A stretch of 64,000 nt of DNA from Setoptus koraiensis (Eukaryota; Animalia; Arthropoda). The stretch's first letter is position 1. Every line of letters begins with the position of its first letter. A program made the translations under genes and the position numbers. The notes beneath the pieces are model-generated. The model did not search any database, had not been told where the DNA came from, and saw nothing but the letters and a program-made list of their open reading frames with translations. Location of the stretch: assembly GCA_048013815.1 (NCBI GenBank), contig CM106585.1, forward strand, positions 7,440,001 to 7,504,000. The letters run 5' to 3'. Shown here piece after piece: positions 1 to 12,990 of this stretch.

Positions 1-107
1 GACGCTCGGAAACATGATCGTGAGACAAGTCGAAATGAAACCACGACGCCGATGAACAAGACAGATAATAATAATCAGATGAGACACAACAACATTTGCA
101 GTTGGCG

Positions 108-275
108 TGGTTGTTGTTGTTGTTGCTGCTGCTGTTGTTGTTGCCGGTGCACCTCGCTGTGGCAGCGGCGCAATGTCGCCTGGTGTGGTCGCCGCCAGTG
201 GCCAGCAAAGTGGACACCGACAACAACGACAACAACGACAACAACGACAACAACAACGACAACAACAACAACAAC
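108..275. repeat. (GTT/GCT)n and (AAC/GAC)n microsatellites
   Basis: Trinucleotide runs at ~108-145 and ~218-275; they explain the homopolymeric ORFs in the track. Confidence 0.9.
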
Positions 276-1864
276 ACTAATGCACTTGGCCCAATGTTAT
301 CTCAATTACACATGAGCAGCCAGTTGTAGTTGCTGTTGCTGGCGCTAGTCGCCATAAGAAGCAGCGCGGCTCGAAATCGCGATTATGTGCTCGCCGAATA
401 CACGCAACTAAATACATTATGGGGCCCGCCACAATGGCCACAGTTGCATTCACAATGACACAATGCCGTTCGCAATTGCTGAGAACGCAAACAGTTGCTG
501 GCCATTGTAACAGCCAGTGGCAGAGAAGCAGCCAACTGGTGAAAATGCCAATTTGAATGAACGGCGCCCCAAAGCGGCCAACCGTTCGACAGGCTGGTTA
601 GACGAGCCAGCCAACAGATAAGGCCAATGAGATACGCAAGCAACTGTGTGCTTGCATCTCGTTGGCCTTGCATTCGGCCATTCAACCAGCAACTAACTAC
701 CAGCAACCAACTACCAGCGACCAACTACCAGCGACCAACTACCAGCGACTAATGAGCAAAGTGCGCCAACAGCGCCATAGGTGCCCCCAGAAGCAGCTCA
801 CAGTGTCAATGGGCACGCTTTGCGTTACGTAACGTGCACAACAACAAGCAATAGCAAGTTGGCCGACTAACGAAACGGCAAAGAGTTGAGTGGCCCAGTT
901 GCATTGTTGAGCGTTTGTTGCAACAATGCAACCACTTTGTTATTTGGCAGCCTTGCTTTTTGTAAATATCTGCTGCTGCTGCTGCGGCCGTTTCTACTCG
1001 CTGCTGTTGGCAAAGTTGTGAATCACAATGTTGTGAATCACAACTCGCCAAGGACGCGCCGCACGTCGATTTGCGAGTTTGCGATTGTGCCAATCTGGCG
1101 AATCTGCGAATGGGCGAATCTGCGAACGGGCGAATCTGCGAATGGGTGAATCTTCGAACGGGCGAATCGTTCGAATCGGCCAACAACGAGCGAGAGAGCC
1201 GCTTCGAAAGTTCGACAGAGCGGCCACGACGCTCATTGAGTTGATCGTTCGGCGAGGGCAACTGTTGGCCGATTGGCCCGAATCAAAACATTGGTCGTTT
1301 CAAGGTTTCGCTGGCGGCGAACTTTAAACTGTGAATAGCAAATCGCCAATTGCGAACTGCGAACTGAGAGAATCGCAAACAACAACAAAATGGGAACAAA
1401 AAGTTGAATAATTGATGCCGCCGATGATGCAATCGTCTCGTCGTCGTGCTCTGGCGGCCTTAGTGGCCGCCAACGATTCTGGCGAATTCGCGAATCGCCA
1501 CCAACAGTTCGGCTTTGGCGCGTTTTTCGCGATGCATTTGCATTTGTTAGCGGTGAAGTTGGCCGTGCAGTTGCGCCAAAAGACAAGTCTGTCGGTTGGA
1601 GGTTGGAAATTCGCAACTCCAAGTTGGCAATTCCAAGTTCGCACTAATAACATGAATGCAACATGAAAAGAATTCTAATTGTCGAGCATAATAACTCGGG
1701 ATAAGCGGCATTAGGGAGAGAGATTACACGAGTCAGCCAGTCTGACAGCAACGACAACAAGCGACTACAATCAATACAATGAGCCATTCTCGCCGTTGCC
1801 GCTAATCCAACAACGGCCGTGCAAATTCTCAAGTTTCGGCCCGTTTCTGCCGATGCTGACAGCG

Positions 1865-1905
1865 CCGTCGTTGTTGCTGCCGTTGTCGTTGTTGTTGTTG
1901 TTGTC

Positions 1906-2000
<95 letters not shown>

Positions 2001-2040
2001 CGTTGCCGTTGTTGTCGTTGTTGATGCTGCCGTTGTTGGT
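1865..2040. repeat. Long compound (GTT/GCT)n microsatellite
   Basis: Directly visible; produces the poly-L/V/T/N ORFs in several frames. Confidence 0.95.
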
Positions 2041-5000
2041 GCCGGCGCCGAGTGCCGCAACTACCAACACGGGCTCATATCACCCATGCTGCGCGTTACA
2101 TAATAGACACACCACTATGATGATAATAATTTCAAATTTATATAACTTTCCACTGCGACCCTCCAACTGCGACCCGCTGCAAGGCGGCCCAGCCCGGCCC
2201 GGCGCGGCATTGTCTCGCTCAAATCGCCATCGCGCTTCGAGAAGCGCCCTGCAAAGTTCGAACGGGCGCAAATGGCAACTTGCGAGCTGCTCCAAGTTCA
2301 AATTTGCCCAGTTCCAAGCCGACAGTTGGCGGCGGCTCGAGATACATGCAGCTCGCACCACTAATTTCCATTCTGACTGGCCGTCTCGAAATTGCAGAAA
2401 TATGCGCTAATGGCGCATGCTGGAAGGGTCGCCAAACAACAAGAGATAATAAAACGACGGCCCATACAAAACGAGACGAGAGCCGGCCAACAATGAGCGC
2501 AACTTGCGAATCGAGAATCGAAATTCTGACTTTATATTTAGCTGTATGTTTGCTGGCTGGCGCGCTCACAGTTTCCGAAACAGTTGGACGGAACAAGCGA
2601 GAAACAAATATCGGCCAAACTAGAAACTATTTATGACCCTTTGTCCTGATGCTAACAAAAACGCACTCATTTGCTGCAAATGATTTGCACACTCCGACAA
2701 TGCACACCCGCACAACCTTGGCCATTATGTAATATATGTTTTATGTATTATGTAATATACAAGTTACACACACACCTAAAAAGACAACCGGCCCCAATGG
2801 GTGCCTAATGCATCGAGGGGGACCCATTTGGTTGTCGTGCAAATGCGCGCGTTTAGTTGTCACATGACGTGTGCTGTTGCTGACAGCGACGTCAGACAGC
2901 TCGTGACAGAAACTTTATTCTCAAACAACAAGCGAGTTGCGTGCCGGATCACCGCCGGGCAACTCTCATATGTTCGGCTGATCGTATGCTGTCATCCGAC
3001 GCGATCCGACTTGCGACAATGCCAAACGACGGGCGACAGTGCGACCCGACGGGATCCGACGGGATCCAATGGCAGACAGTGAGAGACAGTGTGAGACAGT
3101 GGGGGACAGTGGGAGACGGTGGGAGACGGTGCAAAAAAGTGGCACCAATTAGACAACTCGCTTGTTTAATCAAGTCTGGCTGTGACGAGCAGCTCAGGCT
3201 CATCGCTGTCGCAAATTGCCATGGACGCTTTTATGAAAACACACAACCAGCGATAATGAATTGCTGCGCAAGTGGCCAAGTGGCGGCGCCCAAACTTTGG
3301 GCCCCAAAGTCGCACTGTGCAGCAGAAGCTGCACAGCTGAGATGAGCCAGTATAAATGAATAGCCCATAAACCACCATTATGGGTTCCTTGGCCCCAAAA
3401 TAAAGATCTAGCCGGGCTGGCTTTATTGCCGAACGCGCGCGCTGAAAACAGACTCGCCCATGATATTATGTTTTTATGCCTTCATCCACTTCTCGCGTTA
3501 TTTTGCCGGCGCTGTTTCGTTGGGTGAACGGCCTCCCTCTCTCTCTCTGCTGGTAACTACTTATTGTTTGTTGCTTGCCGATGATCTGGTGCCACCCATT
3601 TTATCTCTGGCCGCCAGAGTCTGGCGGACACACTGGCTCTCGAGCACTTTGCTACGCTTGTCTGCCAATAACTAAACTGCAACTGAGCGCATTTGCTCAT
3701 ATCTGCGCCACTTGACAAGTAAGAGGCCCCGGCCGCTAACAAAAACAGCTACTGGCTCCCATAGATTCGATGGGTTTTTCCTGCAATTCTCTGGGTGCGA
3801 TATAGATGGATCAGACTCTGATCATCAGAGGCTAGCGATTCTGTGCTTGCAGTGCGCCCCTTGATAAGTCCCGAGAGATCTTGAGAGAGGGAGAGGCCCC
3901 GCGACTACTTTGTCGGCAGATGACGAGCAGGCAAATGCAGTACGCAAAAATGCAATTTTCCTTCGCTCTTCCTCTTTCGCTGAATGCCGAAAGAGAGGGG
4001 CCGCTTCGGGCCCAACTCGATGAGAGGGGCACCGTCGAATTGGGAGTGGAAATGGCTGCGCTTGGCCCATTTTTTGCGCTCTACCTGCAGGCCATTGGGC
4101 GCCCCCCAGAAAAACAACTCTCAACGAGCTGCATGCGAGACAGCGTACGTGTTCTCGAGAGCGCAAATCGCCCGCTCGAATTATATCTGCTGTTCCATCT
4201 ATCGCGCTAATCGATGGGGAACTGGCCTCATAAAGCTTCATCGAGCAGTCAAGGCCGGAAAGGAAATGCGTTTTTCTTTGGCGTCGCTCGCTGCAAACAG
4301 AGAGAGAGAGAGAGAGAGAGATAGAGATCTAATTCGGAGCAAGTGCCCACACCGAGCCGCCGGCTGGCTGGCTCGTGTGAGATGGTCCGCTGAGCCTGTT
4401 CAAGGCCCCAATTTCGGGCAACAATGCGCACTGTTGGGCGCCGCCGCTGCTGCAGCAGCGGATATTTCAAAAGTCGCTGGCTTTCGGCGAGCTGCTGTTG
4501 TTACTTATCGCTCGCTTCGTCGGCAACAAACAGCCAAATACCGGGAATTGGCCGACGGCCCGGCGAATAACACGGGCTGCCTCTATCGGGCTCAATCAGT
4601 TTCTGTAAGTTTCTATTAGAGTCTCCGAAGCGTGCTTGACAACACAGCCAACAAACAGAGTGGCATGACGGCGCGCGCCATTTCTCGCTGACATCGCTGA
4701 TGGGGGCCCCCCAATGGAAATTGGAAAGCAAAAATGAAAAGCAGCCATCGCAAGCGATCGTCCTTATCTGGGCCGCATGCGCGCCAGCTTTTTGCGAGCT
4801 CTTTTGATTCGCGAGAATCAAAAGAGCTGGCTGCTGGTTTGTTGCCCGGCCGCTTGTTATTCCGGTTGTTACGTAACGCGTGTTTGTGAGACTATCTGGC
4901 AGTCGCACAAACACGCCATCACCTTGCGACCGAGCGCCAACATGCAACACAGTAATACAGTTGCCAGCGGGCCCCAACTACACGGAGCGAGAGGCATTCT

Positions 5001-8000
5001 TGACGGATGAACACATGAGCACAAGATAAATGGGGCCCCGTCGCGGCCGCGTGTCTGTCGTTACACAATTCTGACGCCAACGAGAGATAGAGCAAACAAA
5101 TCAAACGGACACGATTATAATCTACAAACTGTGTGTTTGCGTTTTTTTATTCATATCGAACGATATCTATTTTGACCGGCGTCATCAGCAACGCTGGTGC
5201 ACAATGCGCGCAGGGCGCCATCTTTCGAACGCGCCCGCAATAAATAACTGTCGCTGTGAATAAATAACCAGTGGGCCCTTTGGGCCCCCGATTCCGCATG
5301 TGTTTCCATTCCAGCCCGCTTCCGGCTTTTTGTGGGGCTCCGCTGGCAATGTTGCACCTGGTGGGAGAGAGTGCAAGTGATAAAGGTTAGCAATGATGTA
5401 GTATTTGTTTGCTGGCAGCGAACGTAAATAATGGAATGTAAATATTTTCGGTTATTCAAATGGTGCGTGGTATAGCGAGATTACACATACACACAGACAG
5501 AGTTTATTTTTATTATTACGTCACACAATATGGATATATTCATATATTTTATGCCGTTCATCTAAATCACAAGGGCGCTCGATGTCGGCCAGCGACAGGG
5601 CACATTTTACGGGCGTTGTACACAATTTTGGGCGCAAAAGCTTGTTTTGCACGCATACTCGCGAACTGATGATAATAATTGATAATACTGTTATATAATA
5701 CATGCCTCGCAACATACTTGCGAGGCATGTAGTATGGAAATGTTGCGTTCGTTTCATAATTGAATAATAGAGGCCCCATTGGTCAGGTTTGTACGACACA
5801 CAAGACAAACGCAAATACACCTGGCCACTTGAATTGTTTGTTGATGGCGCTCATCACTTGCGCCCCTATAATTAAGTGGAGTTGCATTACACCAACCAAC
5901 AATGACCTCACCTGCACACACTCGCCAGCGACCACTGACCTCACGCTCGGGGCCAACGGCCCCATTGGTGTGATGGAGCACGGCCAATGGCAGTGATTCG
6001 GCGATTTGGCCGCAGTGATTTGGCGATTCGCGGCCGATTTGCACGGCATCGGTCAGCGAAAAACAAAACCCCACACATCAACAACTTTGTGATATACCTG
6101 TACATGCAAACAAACAAACAAGTACCCGCTTGTGCCCACCACCAAAATGGATTTGTCTCTGAACGGCAAATGAGCGACTCCTATACGATATAACTTATAT
6201 CACAATCGGCCAGCAACGCAAAGAGTTGCCATGCCCAATTTGACTCTGATGAAAAATATATATGCGCGTGAGAAATATATCAACTTATTATTATTATTAT
6301 TACGCAATAGGCGCTTACACGTTAATCTTAGGCGTAATGTTTGGTGGCAACTCGATTAGTGGCGATTAGTATTAGTAAGTGGCGACCACTGCATAAACTG
6401 CATACTGTAGATGAGTATTCTCACCATCAAACTAATCGATGGCCAGCAATGCAAACGCTAATCTCACATTGGCCAACCTACGGATTATTGGTGTGGCCAT
6501 TATCTGATCGCCTGTTCACTCGTCTGGTCAGTCTCTGGTCAGTCTCTGGCCAGTCGTTTGACAGTCTCTGGTCGGTCGTTTGGTCTGCCAGTGAGTTTAA
6601 CCGTCTGCCACTGTTAAACTGTCCCTGTCATACATAATGCTATTATTATAACTGCTAATATTATTATATATTGTTATTATTATATAATCGGCACCAGTTG
6701 GCATGCAGGTTTGGCTCGGTTCGGTCAGTCAATTGCCAGTCAGTTACCTGGAATTTTCACAAGCACTTTCCCGTTGCCTTTTGATTCGAGAGCTTCGAAG
6801 CCACAGAGCCCGAGTTCGCAGTTGAGTGGTCGTTGCACTGGCTTCGACAAACCGTGCCGCTCAGTTTTCCCTCCAATCGTTCTTTCCAATTTGATTGCCG
6901 TCAACTGTTATGCGGGCCCCTGGGCCCCTGTTCAGTTACCACATGCACACAGCTGGACAAAGACACGGCCAACCACGCCACCCGACAAACAAGCGATAAA
7001 TCTAGATATATCAATAAAATGATTTTGGCCCATTTAAGCCTGCTCATTTCCTGGTCTGTGGCCGGCAACTGTTGGCTTGTAGCAGCAGCACGAGCAATCG
7101 CCGTATTGCTCATTATTGTTGCTGTTGGCTGGACGTGGCTCGACCAGGATCAACAATGAGGGACGCGGGTGCTGGTGGGCAGCCCAGTTTAGAAGCCGCC
7201 GCCGCCGCCACGACGAAGCAATCTCGTTAATCTGTCTCTCGCTCCCTTTCTCCTCTATTCGAGAGTGACCACCGACGGACGCACCGCCAATCAAATGTCC
7301 AACCGCTGACTGCATTGTTTCCTGTGTGAGCCGGGAGTAAATCCCCAACTGCGCCAACCAGACAGCAGCCGCTATCGTAAATCGGGTGACCGCACCAGTG
7401 GCCAGCGACCACCGGTTTGCTCGGCTGGTGTGTTGTCGCAACATCTTATTTATCGCCCGATTTGTGCCCATATACCGACGCACCATTTGATGATGATTGC
7501 AATCACGTAACGCGCTCTCTTTGGCCACTGGGCCACCGGCTGCAAACTAGTCCGTGCCAGTGACTGGTTGTGAATGTTTGTTACTCTTCGCCCAATGTCC
7601 AACTAACGTCGACTTGATCGATTCAGGGCTCGCAATTTTCGAATCATGAACACCATATGAGCATCCGACACAACACACACACACACACACTGGCAGTTAT
7701 TATCTAGATTGTTGCAGTGGAGTGATTGAAATGATCGATTTGTGCAATTTCAAGTGACTGGGGCCCCCCTTCCACTCACGTCCACTGACGCGGCCCAGTA
7801 AATTGATCAGCGCCAGTAGCAAGCACCATTGGGCAGAGGTTTACAAGCATAAACATTCATGCGAAATATAGCTCAAGTGGCATTCTTCTCGATGCTGTTG
7901 CACTGTTTTGAATGATTCGAAACTTCAATGGCGCTTGGTCGTTCTCGCACCGACAACGCCGTTCCACAATCGCCGAGTGACCCTTACATAGCGGACGCAT

Positions 8001-9170
8001 ACGCAACCGCATACGAGTTCATAAGCAGTCCATTGCATCCACTGAAGTTCGCGAATGGGGCCCAATCGCGATAGAAGCAGCCAAAAGAAGTTTGAATAGG
8101 AACTGGGCCAACGCTTGACACATCTGCGCATCGCTGGCGTCTAATTTCGGGTTCATCAACTCGACAGACCATTGAGTGATTAGATCTCTTCTCAGGGTGC
8201 CTCATTTCGCGCGCCTGCCTCACCGAGAGCGACGCGTCGCATTATTCGTTGGCGAGGTCAGTGTTGTGTTACTTTGGCACCCATTGGCACACTGACCGGC
8301 TAACGAGGTGAGTTTGTTTGGGGCTTTAATTTTATTCTCACATTCTCATGCTGCTGCTGTTGCTGCTGTTGTTCGGGGGCTCGGGCACAACAAGAGCCGT
8401 GCAAGAGCGGTAACTGGATATTCATGGGAGCCAATCAATGTAGAGCGCGTCAAATTGTGCCCAGGTTTTCGGCGCTAGCTGCTACTTGTTTGTATCTAAC
8501 AATGTAACTTGCACTATGTGGGGCCCAGTTTGTGCAAATTGCAGTTATGCAAGGACAGCGAAAGAGTGAGAGAGAATTACGGTTCGGCTTAAAGCTTGGA
8601 GCGTATCCCGTTGCACGGGCTCCGTACGTGCACGTAATAGATAAACAAACAATACCGATGATTAATGAAGCCGTGCAAAGTTGTGACCAAGCCGGTGGTG
8701 CTGTTACAATGCAACTACATACAAATTGCCAAATCTAGCGTGAGCGTATATGTTGTGGTCGACTCACAACAGGAGAGATAGCACAAAGGCCGGTGCCTGT
8801 AAAATGATGATGATGATGCGCCCCAGACAAACACCTCGTTGGCTACTTTGTTTTGTGCGTGTTTGTCTATGGCACAACTTGTTTGACCACACACACCAAA
8901 ACAAAGCGATTCTGGCCCGAATTGCGCCCACTTCCGCTCTGTTTGCTTGTGACGCAGGGGGCTCCCTTGTAGATTGCAAAGTGAGATTGTGAGCCAAACC
9001 ACCAATGTGCCGATGTTAATGACGAGCGTCTCGTTTCGACCTGATTGAATCTACATCATCGTTCAGGGGGCGCCCCTGATCATCTACATCTCATGATGTG
9101 CCAGACTGTATTAAGTTACACTGGCAAAATAAAGAGGTTTGTCGTTGTGATGGTGATCGGAGCGGACAGT

Positions 9171-9670
9171 NNNNNNNNNNNNNNNNNNNNNNNNNNNNNN
9201 NNNNNNNNNNNNNNNNNNNNNNNNNNNNNNNNNNNNNNNNNNNNNNNNNNNNNNNNNNNNNNNNNNNNNNNNNNNNNNNNNNNNNNNNNNNNNNNNNNNN
9301 NNNNNNNNNNNNNNNNNNNNNNNNNNNNNNNNNNNNNNNNNNNNNNNNNNNNNNNNNNNNNNNNNNNNNNNNNNNNNNNNNNNNNNNNNNNNNNNNNNNN
9401 NNNNNNNNNNNNNNNNNNNNNNNNNNNNNNNNNNNNNNNNNNNNNNNNNNNNNNNNNNNNNNNNNNNNNNNNNNNNNNNNNNNNNNNNNNNNNNNNNNNN
9501 NNNNNNNNNNNNNNNNNNNNNNNNNNNNNNNNNNNNNNNNNNNNNNNNNNNNNNNNNNNNNNNNNNNNNNNNNNNNNNNNNNNNNNNNNNNNNNNNNNNN
9601 NNNNNNNNNNNNNNNNNNNNNNNNNNNNNNNNNNNNNNNNNNNNNNNNNNNNNNNNNNNNNNNNNNNNNN
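9171..9670. other. Assembly gap (500 N)
   Basis: Run of N; ORFs spanning it are artefacts. Confidence 1.
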
Positions 9671-9957
9671 TTTTTGAATCCGCTTATAGACACTTTATGT
9701 TTAACAACTTTATCTAATGTTATCTCAGTCGTATCACACTACTATCTTAATGGCTTATTGATCGGTATTTTTAACAAGTTCACGGGGGGGTTCTCATGTG
9801 GTGAGAGTATGCTTTGCGAATGATCAGACTCCCGATCATCCACGCACTTTTATAGTAATTATCTGACTATCTTGGAAAATAACTCAGTTATATTTGACTG
9901 CGTATAACCGAATATCGTCTATCTTTACGTTAGTTTGTAGATTACTTGTCTTAGAGA

Positions 9958-11950
9958 TCAATATTGCTTAATACGGCTCAGTGGTGGAGCTGTACTTTCT
10001 ATATTCTGCATTGTATGATGTCCCAAATCAGATTGTTCTAATCTATGTCGTGATTTGTAGTAAAGATATCGGATTATTCTGACCAGGATGAGCACTATGA
10101 ATGCAGTAATGACACCAGCAAAGATTGTTCTTCCTATACTAAGTCTCGCTGAGAAATTCATTTCACCACACTTTTCTTGTATTTCCTTAAGTTTTTCGGT
10201 CGCATTGTGAAGTTAATTTCCCGTTTTGTTCAACGCCAGGGTTAAATTTGCATGAGTATCTTTGGCTAATTGCATTGCAATAGCATGTTCATGATCTAAC
10301 TCGTCAATGGCATGGGTTTCGTTAGTATTTACGTAGAAATCTTCCCATGGTTTCACAGGACGATTCAGTGTTTCTTCGGTTCTTTTAAACTCAATTTTGA
10401 TGTCGTCAATCTGCAAGGTTCCATCTATATCAAACACCAAAATCTCATCTTTCGTACGAGGAACTTTTCTGACACCGTTCTTGACATACATGGACGGGTA
10501 ACAGTAAACTATGACCTTGTTTCCGCTCTTCTCTATTTCATGCGTTCGGTAGTCGGATCTGACTGATATGCATTTCTGAGTAAACCAATGGTCTCGGGGA
10601 TTATAAAAATCTTTGTTGAGACAGTGTTCTGCTTTAACAGGTACTGTAAGCGTGTCGGATTCGTCATCCTGATGCAATTCTCGAAAACATTTACTTCCGT
10701 CTTCGAACAAAACGTATTTAGGACCTAAATATTCCTCGAAACATAGTTGCGTTTGGTTTGTTCCAGGCAAGAGTGATTTTATCCCTCTCTTGAAGGGTTT
10801 AGCTTTAAGAATCGTCTGGGATGCATCAACTAGGTCCTGAGTGAATTTGACTTCCAGGATCAGAGCTTCGGGATCGAATCTGCAACGGGGTTCTCGTGCC
10901 AAATCGATAGGACAATTCGTCATTACAGGGTCTGGAGTAATTCCAGAACTCGAAGAAGTCTTTGCCTACTACTTTCTCCTTCTCCCAAGTTACTATCATG
11001 AGATTATGGGTTCGGGCCATGTTCGTCCAGTAAGTGGTAAAGGCTGAGATCATAGCTATGTTTCTAGGGCCAGTCTGTAGATCTATGTCTTTTACTATGG
11101 TCATCAATTTTTCTAGGGTTTGATTGGTTCCTCGCTGACCAGCTAAAAGGTTTGTACTGGCTTTCGCGAGTTCATCTTCGTGTAGGACGATCTTGGGTAT
11201 AATCTCCTCTAGGCCTCCTATTCTAGCGTTTAGTGCCTCTATTTTCTTGGCATCAGTATCTGAAGCCCAATTGTATAAAGCTACCCCTAGACCAGCGACA
11301 GCGGTTGCCGTAGCGATTGCGAGCGTGATTGGTTCTCTTTCCTCTCGGGATTTAACTTCTTCACATCGGTATGTGTCGGTATCAGACTCTTGTAATTGAC
11401 AAGTGGGGTTTATCGTTCGGTTTAGAAAGACTGATGAGGAAGTAGTGAGATTGGCTGGTACCCATGATTTTTCCTCAACGTTATCTTTAATATTATGGGT
11501 CCAATCTAACCCATCTTTTAGGCATGCAAAGATGGCTCTAGAATCTGTCTTATTAGTCATATTACTGATGTCTATAGCGCCTTTTCCATCGCAACAGAAT
11601 CCACGATATAATGAGGGAACTGGATGTTTCTTCTTCTTCTTCTTTGTTGTCGCCTGCCCGGCTGAGTAAGCCTTCTTCTTTCTATCTTTAGAATCATCAG
11701 ATCCCGTTCTTTTTGCCACAGTTTGTCCTGCCGGAACAGGTATGGCTGTGGGGAGTTGGGGGGCGTAAGTACTTGTACTGGAGAGTTCTTTCGTGAGTTT
11801 AGCGAGACTGCAGATTTGGTTCAAACTCTCAACTGTTTTGGCTTTGAGATTCGCATTACACCACTGTAGAAATTTAGAGTTCGTCGCAATTTGATTGTAA
11901 CCCGGACTATTCTTTAGGATATTATTCTGTTCATCACAAGCAGGTATCAC
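9958..11950 (-). pseudogene. Env-like class I fusion glycoprotein of a gypsy-type LTR element (5'-truncated, 1 frameshift, 1 premature stop)
   Basis: ORF 10826-11950 has SREER|EPITLAIATATAVAGLGVALY (degenerate cleavage site plus fusion peptide) followed by a heptad. It frameshifts near 10925 into 10213-10923 (KPF..EYLGP..C..C..W..C..VYCYP). The TAA at 10213-10215 is in frame with 9958-10161, which carries a TM helix (IFAGVITAFIVLILVRII) and tail. Confidence 0.75.
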
Positions 11951-11975
11951 GCGGATGTATAACGTTACGTTTTCG

Positions 11976-12307
11976 TTACAACTCGATCTTCGAAATTCGA
12001 AATTGATGCACTATAACAAAGTGTGCGCCATTGACTTATTGGTGTGTCTAACTAAATTACTCATTGTGGCGAAACTGACCAACAGAATCTTACTAGATTT
12101 CGTACGCAAGCAATCAACATATTTATCATGCTGCGATAGAAATTTGGAGAACTAGGATTTATTCTGTCATCTTTTTGGCTACTCTGATCTGACAGGCTTA
12201 GATCGGTATCTGCAACATGGTGTCACATGCTCGCATCCATATTCCAACGATACTCGTCTGTCCAAAAAATTAAGCGCTCGAGATACTGATACAATCAGTA
12301 TCACTTG
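11976..12307 (+). mobile_element. HINE (Helentron-type) 3' fragment
   Basis: Ends AAAATTAAGCGCT + GATACTGAT-ACA-ATCAGTATC hairpin + ACTTG|T; homologous to 50412-50740 (minus). Confidence 0.75.
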
Positions 12308-12719
12308 TTCTGCTTATGTTAGGTTAGTCAAGAGCTTGGTCATCGGCTTGATAATCTCTGAATCAGTTTTATGATATTCGCTACTTGATATTGAAGGTAT
12401 ATCTTTCACCACTCCAATTCCATAGCAGTGATGAGGTATAGCGTAATACGCGTGAACTCTGATGTAATGTTGAAGAAATCGCTCGATTGATTCATCAACT
12501 TCATCCCATCTTCTGATTTGGTCGTCATGCAACGGTTTCAAAGCTTTCCTGGCCCCAACATACTGCTGATATGCTCGAGGCATGATTTGTAATATTTCAA
12601 GTCTTGCCCTCTATAGTTTTTAGCGCTTAATTTTAATTAAGCGCTAATGATGTAGTGATGTTGGATCCTAAATGGAGGAGGCAATCCACACACAAGCCTA
12701 CAATTTTGAGTCACGCCCC

Positions 12720-12990
12720 CTCCTTAGCACACAGTAAGCTACAGCTTGATTAAGACTTAAGTCGCTCCACCTCCTCAGCACACAGTAAGCTACAGCTTGA
12801 TTAAGACTTAAGTCGCTCCACCTCCTCAGCACACAGTGAGCTACAGCCTGAATGAGACTTAAGTCGCTCCACCTCCTCAGCACACAGTGAGCTACAGCTT
12901 GATTGAGACTTAAGTCGCTCCACCTCCTCAGCACACAATAAGCTGCACCTTGATTGAGACTTAAGTAGCTCCGCTCCCTAATACACAGTG
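12720..12990. repeat. ~51-bp tandem repeat (about 5 units) inside HINE; second copy ~27245-27480
   Basis: Unit CTCCACCTCCTCAGCACACAGTRAGCTACAGCYTGAWTRAGACTTAAGTCG, head to tail, no spacers. Confidence 0.9.

Noticed and set aside
421-9075. Recurrent GGGGCCCC octamers
   Set aside because: Visible repeatedly, but I cannot show enrichment over local composition or assign a factor.
52-9170. Many 60-210-aa ORFs left of the gap
   Set aside because: They are microsatellite- or GC-driven, overlap in several frames and have no recognisable domain. A hidden low-complexity exon cannot be excluded.
9045-9823. 200-240-aa ORFs over the gap
   Set aside because: Made of N/X; artefacts.
12720-12990. CRISPR-like appearance of the ~51-bp repeats (also ~27245-27480, 29850-30860)
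   Set aside because: Head-to-tail with no unique spacers, no cas genes, eukaryotic context; they are HINE-internal tandem repeats.
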